Source: an uncultured Sediminibacterium sp. (GTDB lineage: Bacteria; Bacteroidota; Bacteroidia; Chitinophagales; Chitinophagaceae). From it: a stretch of DNA of 64,000 nucleotides. The stretch lies in assembly GCA_964519475.1 (NCBI GenBank), contig CAZFKE010000003.1, forward strand, positions 98,704 to 162,703. The letters are read 5' to 3'. Position numbers and translations under genes: made by a program. Positions 9,100-19,121 of this stretch are shown piece after piece. Within the stretch, counting starts at the first letter, position 1. Every line of letters starts with the position of its first letter. The notes under the pieces were generated by a model that did no database searches, was not told the origin of the DNA, and saw only the letters and a list, made by a program, of their open reading frames with translations.

Positions 9100-10623
9100 A
9101 TGAGTCAAACACATTTGTCAGAGCAGGAACTGATCCGCCGTGAGAAACTGGTTAAGCTGCAGGAAGCGGGTATAAATCCTTATCCGGCGCCTTTATACCC
9201 TGTTTCGCATTTTTCAACCGATATCAAGGATCATTACACAGAAGAAACCAAGGAACAATTTGCTTCGGTTTGTGTAGCGGGCCGTATCATGAGTATGAAT
9301 GATAAGGGCAAAGTCTTCTTTATTAAGATCCAGGATAGCAAAGGTATTATCCAGTTATATGTAAAAAGGGATGACCTGTGTCCGGATGAAGACAAATCAT
9401 TTTGGGATAACGTAGTTAAACACGGATTGGATCTGGGAGATATTATCGGTGTAACGGGTTATGCTTTCATCACCAAAACAGGGGAGACTTCCATTCATAC
9501 CCAAACAATAACCCTGCTAACCAAATCTTTAAAACCGTTGCCGGTGATTAAAAGAGACGAAGAAGGCAATGTATTTGATGCGGTAACAGACCCCGAATTC
9601 CGCTATCGCCAGCGTTATGCAGACCTGATCATCAATCCCGATGTGAAGGATACATTTGTAAAAAGAACGAAACTGATCAACACCATTCGGGAATTTTTAA
9701 ACGCACAAGGTGCACTGGAAGTAGATACACCTGTTTTACAGGCCATTCCCGGCGGTGCAGCGGCGCGCCCGTTTGTGACACACCATAATGCATTGGATGT
9801 TCCCTTCTACCTGCGTATTGCCAATGAGCTGTACTTAAAGCGGTTGATTGTGGGTGGATTCGATTGGGTATATGAGTTCAGCCGTAATTTCAGAAATGAA
9901 GGAATGGACAGAACGCATAATCCGGAATTTACGGTGCTTGAGTGGTACACTGCCTACAAAGATTATTTCTGGATGATGGAAACCACCGAGCAGTTATTTG
10001 AAAAAATCGCCATGGCTTTACATGGTACAACCGATGTTCCATTGGGAGACAAGGTTATTAATTTTAAAGCACCGTTCAAACGCATCAGTATTCTTGAAGC
10101 CATTAAAGAAAATACCGGTATTGACGTAAGTGAAATGGATGAAGCAGGGCTGCGCGCTGTATGTAAGCAATTGAATATTGATGTACCGGGCAATATCGGT
10201 AAAGGCAAACTGATTGATGAACTCTTTGGTGCTACCAGTGAGCACACTTATATACAACCCACTTTTATTATGGATTATCCGGTGGAGATGAGCCCGCTTA
10301 CCAAAAAACACCGCAGTAAACCCGGATTGGTAGAGCGTTTTGAACTGATGGTAAACGGGAAAGAGATTGCCAATGCCTATACAGAATTGAATGATCCGAT
10401 CGACCAGCGTGAACGTTTTGAAGAACAGGCCAAGCTGATGGAGCGCGGTGATGATGAAGCCATGTTTATTGACCATGATTTTTTACGTGCATTGGAATAT
10501 GGTATGCCGCCAACTTCTGGCATCGGTATCGGTATCGACCGTTTGTGTATGATGATGACCAATCAGGTTTCGATACAGGATGTACTCCTCTTCCCGCAGA
10601 TGCGGCCCGAGAAGATGGATTAA
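9100..10623 (+). CDS. lysS: Lysine--tRNA ligase (class II)
   Basis: VAGRIM, RYRQRYADL, GGAAARPF, YLRIANELYLKRL, RNEGMDRTHNPEFT, YGMPPTSGIGIGIDRL. Start set at ATG 9100. Confidence 0.98.
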   Translation: MSQTHLSEQELIRREKLVKLQEAGINPYPAPLYPVSHFSTDIKDHYTEETKEQFASVCVAGRIMSMNDKGKVFFIKIQDSKGIIQLYVKRDDLCPDEDKSFWDNVVKHGLDLGDIIGVTGYAFITKTGETSIHTQTITLLTKSLKPLPVIKRDEEGNVFDAVTDPEFRYRQRYADLIINPDVKDTFVKRTKLINTIREFLNAQGALEVDTPVLQAIPGGAAARPFVTHHNALDVPFYLRIANELYLKRLIVGGFDWVYEFSRNFRNEGMDRTHNPEFTVLEWYTAYKDYFWMMETTEQLFEKIAMALHGTTDVPLGDKVINFKAPFKRISILEAIKENTGIDVSEMDEAGLRAVCKQLNIDVPGNIGKGKLIDELFGATSEHTYIQPTFIMDYPVEMSPLTKKHRSKPGLVERFELMVNGKEIANAYTELNDPIDQRERFEEQAKLMERGDDEAMFIDHDFLRALEYGMPPTSGIGIGIDRLCMMMTNQVSIQDVLLFPQMRPEKMD

Positions 10624-10653
10624 TGCGGATAAGAATAACTTTAGCCATAAAAA

Positions 10654-10699
10654 TACAGATCACCACAGATACATTCTGTGAGAATCTGTGCTTTCTATG
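10654..10699. repeat. CACAGAT/ATCTGTG-type intergenic palindrome
   Basis: CACAGAT (10664-10670) ... ATCTGTG (10684-10690); related motifs at 28390-28452 and 62438-62460. Confidence 0.55.
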
Positions 10700-10782
10700 A
10701 CTTTTTTTATTGCGCTCTTGCCCCTTTGCCTGAAATTCGGTTTGGTTTTGTAGATTGCTACACCAAACTAACTCCACAGCGA

Positions 10783-12027
10783 ATGAAATATCTTAAAGTA
10801 TTGTATGTACAGGTAATCATTGGTATTGCCCTGGGGGTATTGGTAGGCTGGCTTTTCCCTTTTTTTGCGCCTACGGCTAAACTTATCAGCGAATCATTTA
10901 TCAACATGATCAAAATGGTGATCACGCCGGTGATTTTTCTAACCATCGTTCTCGGAATTACCGGTGCAGGCAGCTTGAAAAAAGTTGGCAGGGTAGGCGG
11001 AAAGGGGTTAATCTATTTTGAGGTGGTAACCACTTTTGCGCTAATTCTTGGACTGGTAGTTGCCAATGTAATTAAACCCGGTGCTGGTATTGCAACGGAT
11101 CATCTACCCAAAGAAAACCTCGATAAATATACATCGGCAGCAAAAGAAATGAATTGGGGAGAGTTCTTCTCACACATCATTCCAACCAATATTATTGACT
11201 CATTTGCCAAAGGAGACCTGCTGCAGATCCTATTTTTTGGCGTGCTGTTTAGCATTGCCATTTCTAAAATGGGAGCTGCCGGTACAAAACTGATCTCAAT
11301 GTTTGAGGGATTGAACAAAGCATTTTTCAATGTGATTCATATCGTGATGAAATTTAGTCCTATCGGCGCTTTCGGAGGTATGGCATACACGATCGGAAAA
11401 TTCGGATTTGCCAGTCTTTTCGTGTTGGGTAAATTATTACTCGCTTATTATATCACGTCACTCTTGTTCATTTTTGTGGTACTGAACCTGATCGGCAGGT
11501 ATTATGGGTTTAATGTTTGGAAATTATTGGTCTATATCAAAGAAGAATTATTGATTGTATTAGGTGCCAGCAGCAGTGAGTCGGTATTGCCAAATATTAT
11601 GGAGAAGCTTGAATCGGCAGGCTGTGAACGAAGTGTGGTAGGGTTGATTATTCCTACAGGCTATAGTTTTAACCTTGATGGAACAACAATTTACCTGAGT
11701 ATGGCCACTATCTTCCTTGCTCAGGTATTTAATATCGATCTTTCGCTTACACAACAACTTACCATCATCGGCATTCTATTAATTACCAGTAAAGGGGCGG
11801 CCGGTGTTACAGGAAGTGGATTTATTGTATTAACATCCACATTAACCATCTTGAAAGTGATCCCGCTTGAAGGACTGGCTTTATTGATCGGTGTTGACCG
11901 CTTTATGAGCGAGGGCCGTGCATTGACCAATATGATCGGTAATACGATTGCAACCGTGATCATTGCTAAGAGTGAGAAGGCAATTGATATGGATGTTTAT
12001 AAAAGAGTGGTGGAGAAGAAATCGTGA
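10783..12027 (+). CDS. dctA: Dicarboxylate/amino acid:cation symporter (DctA-like)
   Basis: LYVQVIIGI, FINMIKMVI, SSSESVLP, PTGYSFNLDGT, SKGAAGVTGSGF, DRFMSEGRA. Start set at ATG 10783. Confidence 0.92.
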   Translation: MKYLKVLYVQVIIGIALGVLVGWLFPFFAPTAKLISESFINMIKMVITPVIFLTIVLGITGAGSLKKVGRVGGKGLIYFEVVTTFALILGLVVANVIKPGAGIATDHLPKENLDKYTSAAKEMNWGEFFSHIIPTNIIDSFAKGDLLQILFFGVLFSIAISKMGAAGTKLISMFEGLNKAFFNVIHIVMKFSPIGAFGGMAYTIGKFGFASLFVLGKLLLAYYITSLLFIFVVLNLIGRYYGFNVWKLLVYIKEELLIVLGASSSESVLPNIMEKLESAGCERSVVGLIIPTGYSFNLDGTTIYLSMATIFLAQVFNIDLSLTQQLTIIGILLITSKGAAGVTGSGFIVLTSTLTILKVIPLEGLALLIGVDRFMSEGRALTNMIGNTIATVIIAKSEKAIDMDVYKRVVEKKS

Positions 12028-12083
12028 ATCGTCAATTGTGAAGAAAGCTTGCGCAATTTACTCACGATTGACGATCCACGATT
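12020..12083. repeat. Inverted repeat of AATCGTG-type heptamers between convergent dctA and amidohydrolase
   Basis: AATCGTGAATCGTCAATTGTGA (12020-12041) vs TCACGATTGACGATCCACGATT (12062-12083), 20/22 complementary. Confidence 0.85.
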
Positions 12084-12086
12084 TGG

Positions 12087-13529
12087 TTAATCTCTGTAAT
12101 TTAAAGCGGGCTTCCTGTCGCCAAGCAGGGCCTTATATTGATAATCTCCTTTTGATTTTTTGAATTCCTCTTTGGCTTTAATGATCAGATCAGCATCTGT
12201 AAAAAGATCAATAGCCGTAAGTGCCATGGTTTTGGCAGCTACCATCATTCCTTTGGTACCTACTTCTGTTCCATCGCAGGCAACGGCCTGCCAGCTGTGC
12301 GCAGGCGTGCCAGGTATCCAGGTAGCGGCTTCCATTCCAACGGTGGGTATGGCATAACTAACATCGCCAACATCGGTAGAACCACCGCCTGCGTCAATTA
12401 CAGATTTTAAGGGTGTAATGGTGGAAGCTCTTTCCATGGCAGGTGGCTGATAAGTAAAAGACGATTGTATTTTTTTACCAAAATCAACTTCAGCAGGTGA
12501 ATACGAAACCCCACCCACTTTTTGCAGGTTTAGTTGCATGGCTTCTCCTAATGTACGGTTGATCAGCAGGTCATGTGTTCCGCCGATGATCTCGTAGTCA
12601 ACTTTTGTTTCTGTACCCATGGCTGCCCCTTTGGCTGCTTTCACCAATCGCTCAAAAATACTAGTCACCCATTCTTTTTTAGGATGGCGCACATAATAAA
12701 ACACTTCTGCAAAATCAGGAACCACATTGGGCGCTTTACCCCCCTGCGTGATCACATAATGAATTCTGGTTTCCTGAGGTACATGTTCACGCATCATGTT
12801 TACCATATTATCCATGGCTTCAACGCCGTCAAGAGCAGAACGTCCTTTCTCAGGCGCCATGGATGCATGTGCGGAAAGACCATAAAACCTGAATTTGGCT
12901 GAAGTGTTGGCAAGGGCGCTTGTCATAGTAACACCATTCGCGTCTCCGGGGTGCCAGTGTACGGCAACATCCACATCCGAAAACAATCCTGCACGAACCA
13001 TATACACTTTGCCGCTGCCACCTTCTTCTGCCGGACAACCATATACACGGACAGTACCGGATAGTTTTTTGGTTTCGATCATTTTTTTTATTTCAATACC
13101 GGCTGCAGTTGATGCGGTGCCAAAAAGGTTGTGGCCGCAACCATGACCTGCGTCAATACCGGCAACCAATTTTTTTTCAGGAACCGCATCCTGTGATAAA
13201 CCGGGTAGTGCATCATATTCTGCAAGAATGGCAATAACCGGTTTACCGGTTCCATAACTGGCTACAAATGCAGTTGGCATATCTGCCACACCCGCCTGTA
13301 CAGTAAAACCATTGTCTTTAAGTGTTTGCTGAAGCAGGGCAGAACTTTTTTGTTCCTTATAACCCACTTCTGCATAGCCCCATATCTGCAAAGCAATTTT
13401 TTTGTAAGCATCGTACTTTACATCCATGTTTTTAATGGCCTCTTCTTTTAAAATAGCAATGCCTGGCTTCTGGGCATGCAAGGCAAATAAAACTGCACAT
13501 AATGATACAGTCAGCAAGATCTTCTTCAT
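12087..13529 (-). CDS. M20 family amidohydrolase (AbgB-like) with signal peptide
   Basis: AEYDALPG, GHGCGHNL, GCPAEEGG, WHP, GRSALD, GSTDVGDVS. Confidence 0.9.
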   Translation of the reverse strand: MKKILLTVSLCAVLFALHAQKPGIAILKEEAIKNMDVKYDAYKKIALQIWGYAEVGYKEQKSSALLQQTLKDNGFTVQAGVADMPTAFVASYGTGKPVIAILAEYDALPGLSQDAVPEKKLVAGIDAGHGCGHNLFGTASTAAGIEIKKMIETKKLSGTVRVYGCPAEEGGSGKVYMVRAGLFSDVDVAVHWHPGDANGVTMTSALANTSAKFRFYGLSAHASMAPEKGRSALDGVEAMDNMVNMMREHVPQETRIHYVITQGGKAPNVVPDFAEVFYYVRHPKKEWVTSIFERLVKAAKGAAMGTETKVDYEIIGGTHDLLINRTLGEAMQLNLQKVGGVSYSPAEVDFGKKIQSSFTYQPPAMERASTITPLKSVIDAGGGSTDVGDVSYAIPTVGMEAATWIPGTPAHSWQAVACDGTEVGTKGMMVAAKTMALTAIDLFTDADLIIKAKEEFKKSKGDYQYKALLGDRKPALNYRD

Positions 13530-13549
13530 AATAAATATTTAATGGATAA

Positions 13550-14368
13550 TTAAACAAACAGGTCTTTATACAGTTCGGCACCCGGAACAACAGAATATTT
13601 ACTGAGATCAGTAATGCCCTCTGCTGCCATTACTTCCTCATCAATAAAGGTATTGCCGGTGCATTGCTCGGCCGGTTTACGGAGAATATAATAAACGGCA
13701 TCAGCAATAATATCAGGTGTACGGCTCATCCTGGCTAATGTTTCCCCACCTAATAAGTTTCTGACAGCAGCCGTATCAATGGTGGTTTTTGGCCATAGCG
13801 CATTGGATGCAATACCGGCGCCTTTCAATTCAGCTGCCCAACCTAAAGCCAGCATGCTCATGCTGTATTTGGTGATGGTATAGGCAATATGCCCACCCAT
13901 CCATTTAGGATTAAGATTAATAGGGGGTGATAAAGTAATGATATGCGGATTCTTTCCTTTTCTCAGATGCGGTATGCAATGTTTACCCATTAAAAAAGTG
14001 CCGCGCACATTAATACTTTGCATTAGGTCGAAACGTTTGGATTCGGTTTGTTCTGTTGGGGTAAGTTGAATAGCCGATGCATTATTGATTAAAACATCAA
14101 TACCACCAAATGTATCAACTGCCTGCTGAACAGCAGCCTGTATCTGGTCTTCATGACGGATATCTACCTGCACAGCCAGTGCCTTGCCGCCCGCAGCTTC
14201 CACTTCCTGTGCAGCAGAAAAAATGGTGCCGCCCAAGCGGGGGTCTTCTTCCACACTTTTGGCAGCGATCACAATATTGGCACCTTCTTTCGCCAAACGT
14301 AAAGCCATGGCTTTACCAATACCGCGGCTTGCGCCGGTAATCAATACGGTTCTGTTCTGAAACGGCAT
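13550..14368 (-). CDS. Short-chain dehydrogenase/reductase (HSDL2-like)
   Basis: TGASRGIG, NNASAI, YTITK (YxxxK), NALWPKTTIDTAA. Confidence 0.9.
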   Translation of the reverse strand: MPFQNRTVLITGASRGIGKAMALRLAKEGANIVIAAKSVEEDPRLGGTIFSAAQEVEAAGGKALAVQVDIRHEDQIQAAVQQAVDTFGGIDVLINNASAIQLTPTEQTESKRFDLMQSINVRGTFLMGKHCIPHLRKGKNPHIITLSPPINLNPKWMGGHIAYTITKYSMSMLALGWAAELKGAGIASNALWPKTTIDTAAVRNLLGGETLARMSRTPDIIADAVYYILRKPAEQCTGNTFIDEEVMAAEGITDLSKYSVVPGAELYKDLFV

Positions 14369-14406
14369 AAAAGGAATGTTAAACGATAAATTTCAGGAAA
14401 ACAAAC

Positions 14407-14982
14407 TTACCAACCTAAGAAATCTTTGATCACGGCCTCTGTTTCGGCACAGGCTTTATCCAATTCGTCGTTCAGGATGGTTTTGCTGAAGTGGTGGTTA
14501 AACGACATTTCATAACTGGCTTTGTTAACCCTTGTTTCCAGGCTTTCGGGTGTTTCGGTACCACGGCTTTCCAGTCGCCGCCTGAGTTCTTCTACAGAGG
14601 GCGGCTGAATAAAAATAGAAAGACAATCGCCTGCAAATTGTTGTTGCACATGAATTGCTCCTTTCACATCGATATCCAGCATTGGCACTTTGCCCTCATT
14701 CCAGATACGGTCGAGTTCACTTTTTAATGTGCCGTAGTATTTGCCTTCATATACCATTTCCCACTCAATAAAATCATTGGCATCAATACGGCGCCTGAAA
14801 TCTTCTACACTCATGAAATAATATTCGATACCATTCTGCTCTGTACCCCTTGGAGAACGGGTAGCAGCAGAAATAGAGAAAGACAGTTTCGGATATTTAT
14901 TAATTAGGAAGCGGGTAATAGAGGTTTTACCCGAGCCGGACGGCGCCGTAAGAATAATCAGTTTACCGTGTGATGCTGGCAT
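14407..14982 (-). CDS. gmk: Guanylate kinase
   Basis: APSGSGKT P-loop, SATTRSPRGTE, YYF, YYGT, LDIDVKG. Confidence 0.97.
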   Translation of the reverse strand: MPASHGKLIILTAPSGSGKTSITRFLINKYPKLSFSISAATRSPRGTEQNGIEYYFMSVEDFRRRIDANDFIEWEMVYEGKYYGTLKSELDRIWNEGKVPMLDIDVKGAIHVQQQFAGDCLSIFIQPPSVEELRRRLESRGTETPESLETRVNKASYEMSFNHHFSKTILNDELDKACAETEAVIKDFLGW

Positions 14983-15106
14983 GAATGAGATTTAAGCAAA
15001 GAAACAATTTAATCGTGATATCAGGCCGGGGCGCTTAAGCAGCCTGACCGGGTATTGTCGCAAATCGTGCATATTTTATTTCAAACTGCGATGGGTGTTT
15101 CATGAT

Positions 15107-15691
15107 TCACGATTTCCAAACGATCTTTTCTTCCAAAGGAATATTCCTTTTTCCTGCCGTAACACGGGTATCTGTATATCCCATAAACAATAGCCCCATC
15201 ACCATATCTTCCGCTCCAAGCCCAAGATAATTTTTTAATGAAGGATGATGCACCATTCCACCGGTACTCCATAAACACGATATATTCAGCGATTCGGCAC
15301 CCAGTAATATATTTTGGATAGCCGAAGAAACGGCACAAATTTCTTCAATCGCGGGGATAGGATTGGTAACGGTTCTTTTCATATACACCAATATAATATG
15401 CGAAACGGATTCTCCGTTCTGAATGATCTTATCATATTTGGCAGTAGTGAATTTTTCAGGGTTGGTATGTGTTTTATATAATTCAGCATGATCAGCACAA
15501 AATATTTTTTTGGCATGGCCTTCATATACAATAAAACGCCAGGGTTCTGTGCGGGCATGCGTGGGGGCCCAATCTGCCAGTTCCAGTAATTGCTGAATAT
15601 CAGCATTCTCTATCTTTTTGCTGTTCATATCAGTAGGCTTGCTGCTACGCCTGCTTTTTATGATCTTACTTACTTGTTCAAATGTATTCAT
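15107..15691 (-). CDS. Nitroreductase family protein (YdjA-like)
   Basis: IKSRRS, WAPTHARTEPWRF, AIQNILLGA, LWSTG. Confidence 0.9.
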   Translation of the reverse strand: MNTFEQVSKIIKSRRSSKPTDMNSKKIENADIQQLLELADWAPTHARTEPWRFIVYEGHAKKIFCADHAELYKTHTNPEKFTTAKYDKIIQNGESVSHIILVYMKRTVTNPIPAIEEICAVSSAIQNILLGAESLNISCLWSTGGMVHHPSLKNYLGLGAEDMVMGLLFMGYTDTRVTAGKRNIPLEEKIVWKS

Positions 15692-15792
15692 GCCGCAAAG
15701 GTATTTGTTCAGCAGTATGATCAGTAGTTGTATTCGTTTATTTTGAATAAATTGTTAGCTCAACAGGATTGAAAGAAAATAATTTTAGTGTC

Positions 15793-17115
15793 ATGCCCTA
15801 TTCTTTTGCCCATATACTGATCGTATTACTTATTGGAATCAGCCTGATTGTTGTGTTAACGGCCAGGTTACGCCTGCATCCTTTTTTTGCATTACTGATA
15901 GCCTCTTTTGTAGTGGGCTTAGGGGTACAGCTGCCGATTATGGATGTATTGAATACCATGAAAGAAGGGTTCGGTAATATTCTAAAATCATTGGGGTTTA
16001 TAATACTGTTGGGTACTGCATTAGGAGTGGTATTGGAACGAAATGGCAGTACTGGTGTAATGGCCAATTATATTCTGGCAAAAATCGGTAAGCGTTACCC
16101 TGCGTTAGCAATGAGTATTACGGGGTTTATGGTAGGCCTGCCTATTTTTTGTGATTCCGGTTTTATTGTACTAAGTGGTTTGAACAGCACATTGGCTAAA
16201 AGAACGGGAACGCCGCTGGTGATCATGGCTGTGTCTATGGCAACGGGTTTGTATTCGGTGCATTGTTTAATTCCGCCACATCCCGGTGCAGCGGCTGCGG
16301 CAGGTATTATAGGTGTTTCATATGGCAAGCTGATCCTATTGGGAATAGGCATCGCAATTCCTGCCATGCTGGCTGCCTATCTGTATACGGGATATGCCGG
16401 AAGAAAAATAGTAACCGGTTCGCTAAATCCTGAAGAGGAAATAATAACGGATGATAGAATACCTCCTTCTGTTCTTAATTCGTTTCTGCCGGTTGTGCTT
16501 CCCATTTTGCTGATCGCATTAAAATCGATCTTAACGGGGGAGAGCAATTTGGCAGAGAGAATCTTTACTGTATTGGGGGATCCCGTAATCGCTTTATCTG
16601 TGGGTATGGTACTGGCGCTTGTGAGTAGCAGGCCAGGTAAAAACAGACATATCCATCATTGGTTACAGGAATCTGCAGAGAAAGCGGGAGGTATTCTTGT
16701 GATCATTGGCGGGGGCGGTGCATTTGGTGCTGTTTTGGCTGCTACAAAAATCGGGCAGCATATGGGTGAGGCTTTGCCTTTGGCAGGGATGGGAATACTG
16801 TTTCCTTTTTTGATTACTTCGGTTTTGAAAACGGCACAGGGTTCTTCCACAGTAGCGATCATTACCGCAGCTTCTATTGTTCAACCTTTATTATCTGTAT
16901 TGGGATTTGTCACACCCGATCAGAAACTGCTTTGTGTACTTGCTATGGGAGCAGGCTCAATGATGATCTCTCATGCCAATGATGCCTATTTCTGGGTGAT
17001 CGCTAAATTTGAAAAAATTGAGATGACTGCTATGCTGAAAGTATATTCGGTAGCAACGCTGATCATGGGATTGACTTCTTTGCTAATGATATACCTTCTT
17101 TCATTCCTTTTATAA
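15793..17115 (+). CDS. GntP family permease
   Basis: HPFFALL, PIFCDSGF, HCLIPPHPG, KTAQGSSTVA, SHANDAYFW. Start set at ATG 15793. Confidence 0.92.
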   Translation: MPYSFAHILIVLLIGISLIVVLTARLRLHPFFALLIASFVVGLGVQLPIMDVLNTMKEGFGNILKSLGFIILLGTALGVVLERNGSTGVMANYILAKIGKRYPALAMSITGFMVGLPIFCDSGFIVLSGLNSTLAKRTGTPLVIMAVSMATGLYSVHCLIPPHPGAAAAAGIIGVSYGKLILLGIGIAIPAMLAAYLYTGYAGRKIVTGSLNPEEEIITDDRIPPSVLNSFLPVVLPILLIALKSILTGESNLAERIFTVLGDPVIALSVGMVLALVSSRPGKNRHIHHWLQESAEKAGGILVIIGGGGAFGAVLAATKIGQHMGEALPLAGMGILFPFLITSVLKTAQGSSTVAIITAASIVQPLLSVLGFVTPDQKLLCVLAMGAGSMMISHANDAYFWVIAKFEKIEMTAMLKVYSVATLIMGLTSLLMIYLLSFLL

Positions 17116-17119
17116 TCCT

Positions 17120-18256
17120 ATGCATATCCTTGTTTCACCTAATGCTTTTAAGAACAGTATTGATGCGGCAGCTGCGGCAAGCGTTATTGCAGAAGGATTG
17201 CGGCAAAGCAGATTGAACTGCACAACTACCTGTTTTCCTGTTGGAGATGGAGGAGATGGGACAGGGAATTTACTAACCAGGATCTTCAACGGTATTTTTA
17301 TTAATGAAATGGTTCATGACCCATTAGGAAGAAAAATACAGGCGGGTTTCGGGTTGATCGATGACGGACGAACAGCCGTTATTGAAATGACAGCTGCATC
17401 AGGATTACGATTATTGCAAAAAGAAGAATTGGATCCTTTACATGCTTCTTCGTATGGTACGGGTGAGTTGATGATAAAAGCATTGGGTAAAGGAGTGAAG
17501 AAGTTCCTTTTATGTGTGGGGGGAAGTGCAACGGTTGATGGAGGTTGCGGAATACTGGAAGCATTAGGCATCCGTTTCCTGGATGCAGACGGAAACACTT
17601 TAAAAGCTATGCCAGCAAGTCTTGTGCGTCTTACCGCGCTTGATCTCTCGGGATTGGACCAAAGAATTTCGAAAATGGATATTACGATTCTTGCCGATGT
17701 AACCAATCCATTATTAGGTGAAAAAGGAGCTGCAAAAATATTCGGTCCGCAAAAAGGGGCGTCTGATACAGATATAAAAAAACTGGAAGCATCGCTAACG
17801 CAATTCAATCAGATCGTTCTTCAAAAAACGGGTATTAATATGGCTTCTGTAAAGCATGGGGGCGCTGCGGGTGGAACGGGCGCAGCACTACATGCATTGT
17901 TGAATGCAAAACTTGTTAATGGGATCGATCATTTTCTTGCGATCACCCAGTTTACGGATGCTTTACAAAAAGCGGATATCGTGATTACAGGAGAAGGCAG
18001 TATTGATCTTCAAACGCTGGAAGGCAAAGCACCCTATGGTGTCGCTTTTCGTGCGAAACAAAAGAACATACCGGTTATCGGTTTTGCTGGTAAACTGCCT
18101 GATGCACCTTGCCCGGAACTGGATAACTTTTTTAATCGGTTGATTAATATCAACGGCGAAGAAACAGATCTGACTACTGCCATGCTTGCAGTAAAAGATA
18201 ACCTGTTTCGTTCTGCTTTTGAACTGGGTAACAGATTAGCTGCTGAACAGACTTAA
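17120..18256 (+). CDS. glxK: Glycerate kinase (GlxK/GarK family)
   Basis: SPNAFK, DGGDGT, GGSATVDGG, FGPQKGA, GAAGG, ITGEGSIDLQTLEGKAP. Confidence 0.93.
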   Translation: MHILVSPNAFKNSIDAAAAASVIAEGLRQSRLNCTTTCFPVGDGGDGTGNLLTRIFNGIFINEMVHDPLGRKIQAGFGLIDDGRTAVIEMTAASGLRLLQKEELDPLHASSYGTGELMIKALGKGVKKFLLCVGGSATVDGGCGILEALGIRFLDADGNTLKAMPASLVRLTALDLSGLDQRISKMDITILADVTNPLLGEKGAAKIFGPQKGASDTDIKKLEASLTQFNQIVLQKTGINMASVKHGGAAGGTGAALHALLNAKLVNGIDHFLAITQFTDALQKADIVITGEGSIDLQTLEGKAPYGVAFRAKQKNIPVIGFAGKLPDAPCPELDNFFNRLININGEETDLTTAMLAVKDNLFRSAFELGNRLAAEQT

Positions 18257-18307
18257 AATCACCGGGTATGCTATTTGAAGTCTTCATGCAATCATTTTGC
18301 CACTCCG

Positions 18308-18380
18308 GACTTTGTAGCTTAGTTGGTAGAGCAGATGACTATTAGTCATCGGGTTTAGGGTTGGAGTCCTAGCAGGATCA
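18308..18380 (+). pseudogene. Degenerate full-length tRNA-like sequence (probably derived from tRNA-Lys or tRNA-Asn)
   Basis: 73 nt cloverleaf: TAGCTTAGTTGGTAGAGCA D-arm, GATGA-CTATTAG-TCATC anticodon arm (ATT), T-loop TTGGAGT instead of TTCGA, imperfect acceptor GACTTTG/CAGGATC, ends A-CCC. Confidence 0.8.
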
Positions 18381-18653
18381 CCCAATAGGAATGAAGGGTT
18401 TAGTGGATATGCTAAGACCTTTTTTTGTTACTTATTAGAAAAGAAACCGGAAGTATATCAGTCTTCTGGTCTATATCAAAACCGGGAACAATGGATCTCT
18501 GCAATTAGACAAGAAACGTGAATTTGATCAACAATTAAAGGGCCTTTAAAAGTACTTTTTCTGAAAAGCAATAAATACTCCGTCCCATAGAAATGAGACG
18601 GATAAAATTAAAAAAGTAGGTATTTGTCGGATAAGTAGAAGTCGGATACTTAA

Positions 18654-19073
18654 TCAGTGCATCTGCTTTTCTTTCAGGCTTATACGATTACGATAAATCA
18701 CCCCCTCTTTAGATTCTGGAACTAGATCAACTCTTTTACCAATGGTTCCCCATTTAATGATACCATGTTGTGAAGACATCTTAATGTTATTTATCCAGAG
18801 TGTTGTATCAGTAATTTGATTTAGTTGGGCTTCTCTTTTTTTAAATAATATTCTTGCATTAACCATGTATCCTTCATCGATATTTTTAGATTCTATGGCA
18901 ACTACTCTGAAATCAGAAGGAATCTTTCCCCTGTATGATGTATCCGCTTTGATATAATCATAGACGGCTGTCATTATATCTTTTTTCGGGTATTTATTTT
19001 CAGACTGTTTCACAGGGTCGGAGCAAGCCATCAATAGCAATAGCAGGATAAAATTTAATAACGTGTATTTCAT
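18654..19073 (-). CDS. Hypothetical lipoprotein
   Basis: MKYTLLNFILLLLLMAC signal peptide II; no recognisable domain; AT-rich. Confidence 0.7.
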   Translation of the reverse strand: MKYTLLNFILLLLLMACSDPVKQSENKYPKKDIMTAVYDYIKADTSYRGKIPSDFRVVAIESKNIDEGYMVNARILFKKREAQLNQITDTTLWINNIKMSSQHGIIKWGTIGKRVDLVPESKEGVIYRNRISLKEKQMH

Positions 19074-19121
19074 AAGATTGAAAATGTTTTACGATGATAG
19101 TGTATGGCTCACTAAACAATT

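Noticed and set aside
14990-15100. TCAGGC...GCCTGA hairpin between nitroreductase and gmk as a riboswitch
   Set aside because: Only a 6-bp stem, with no recognisable aptamer consensus or terminator; insufficient support.
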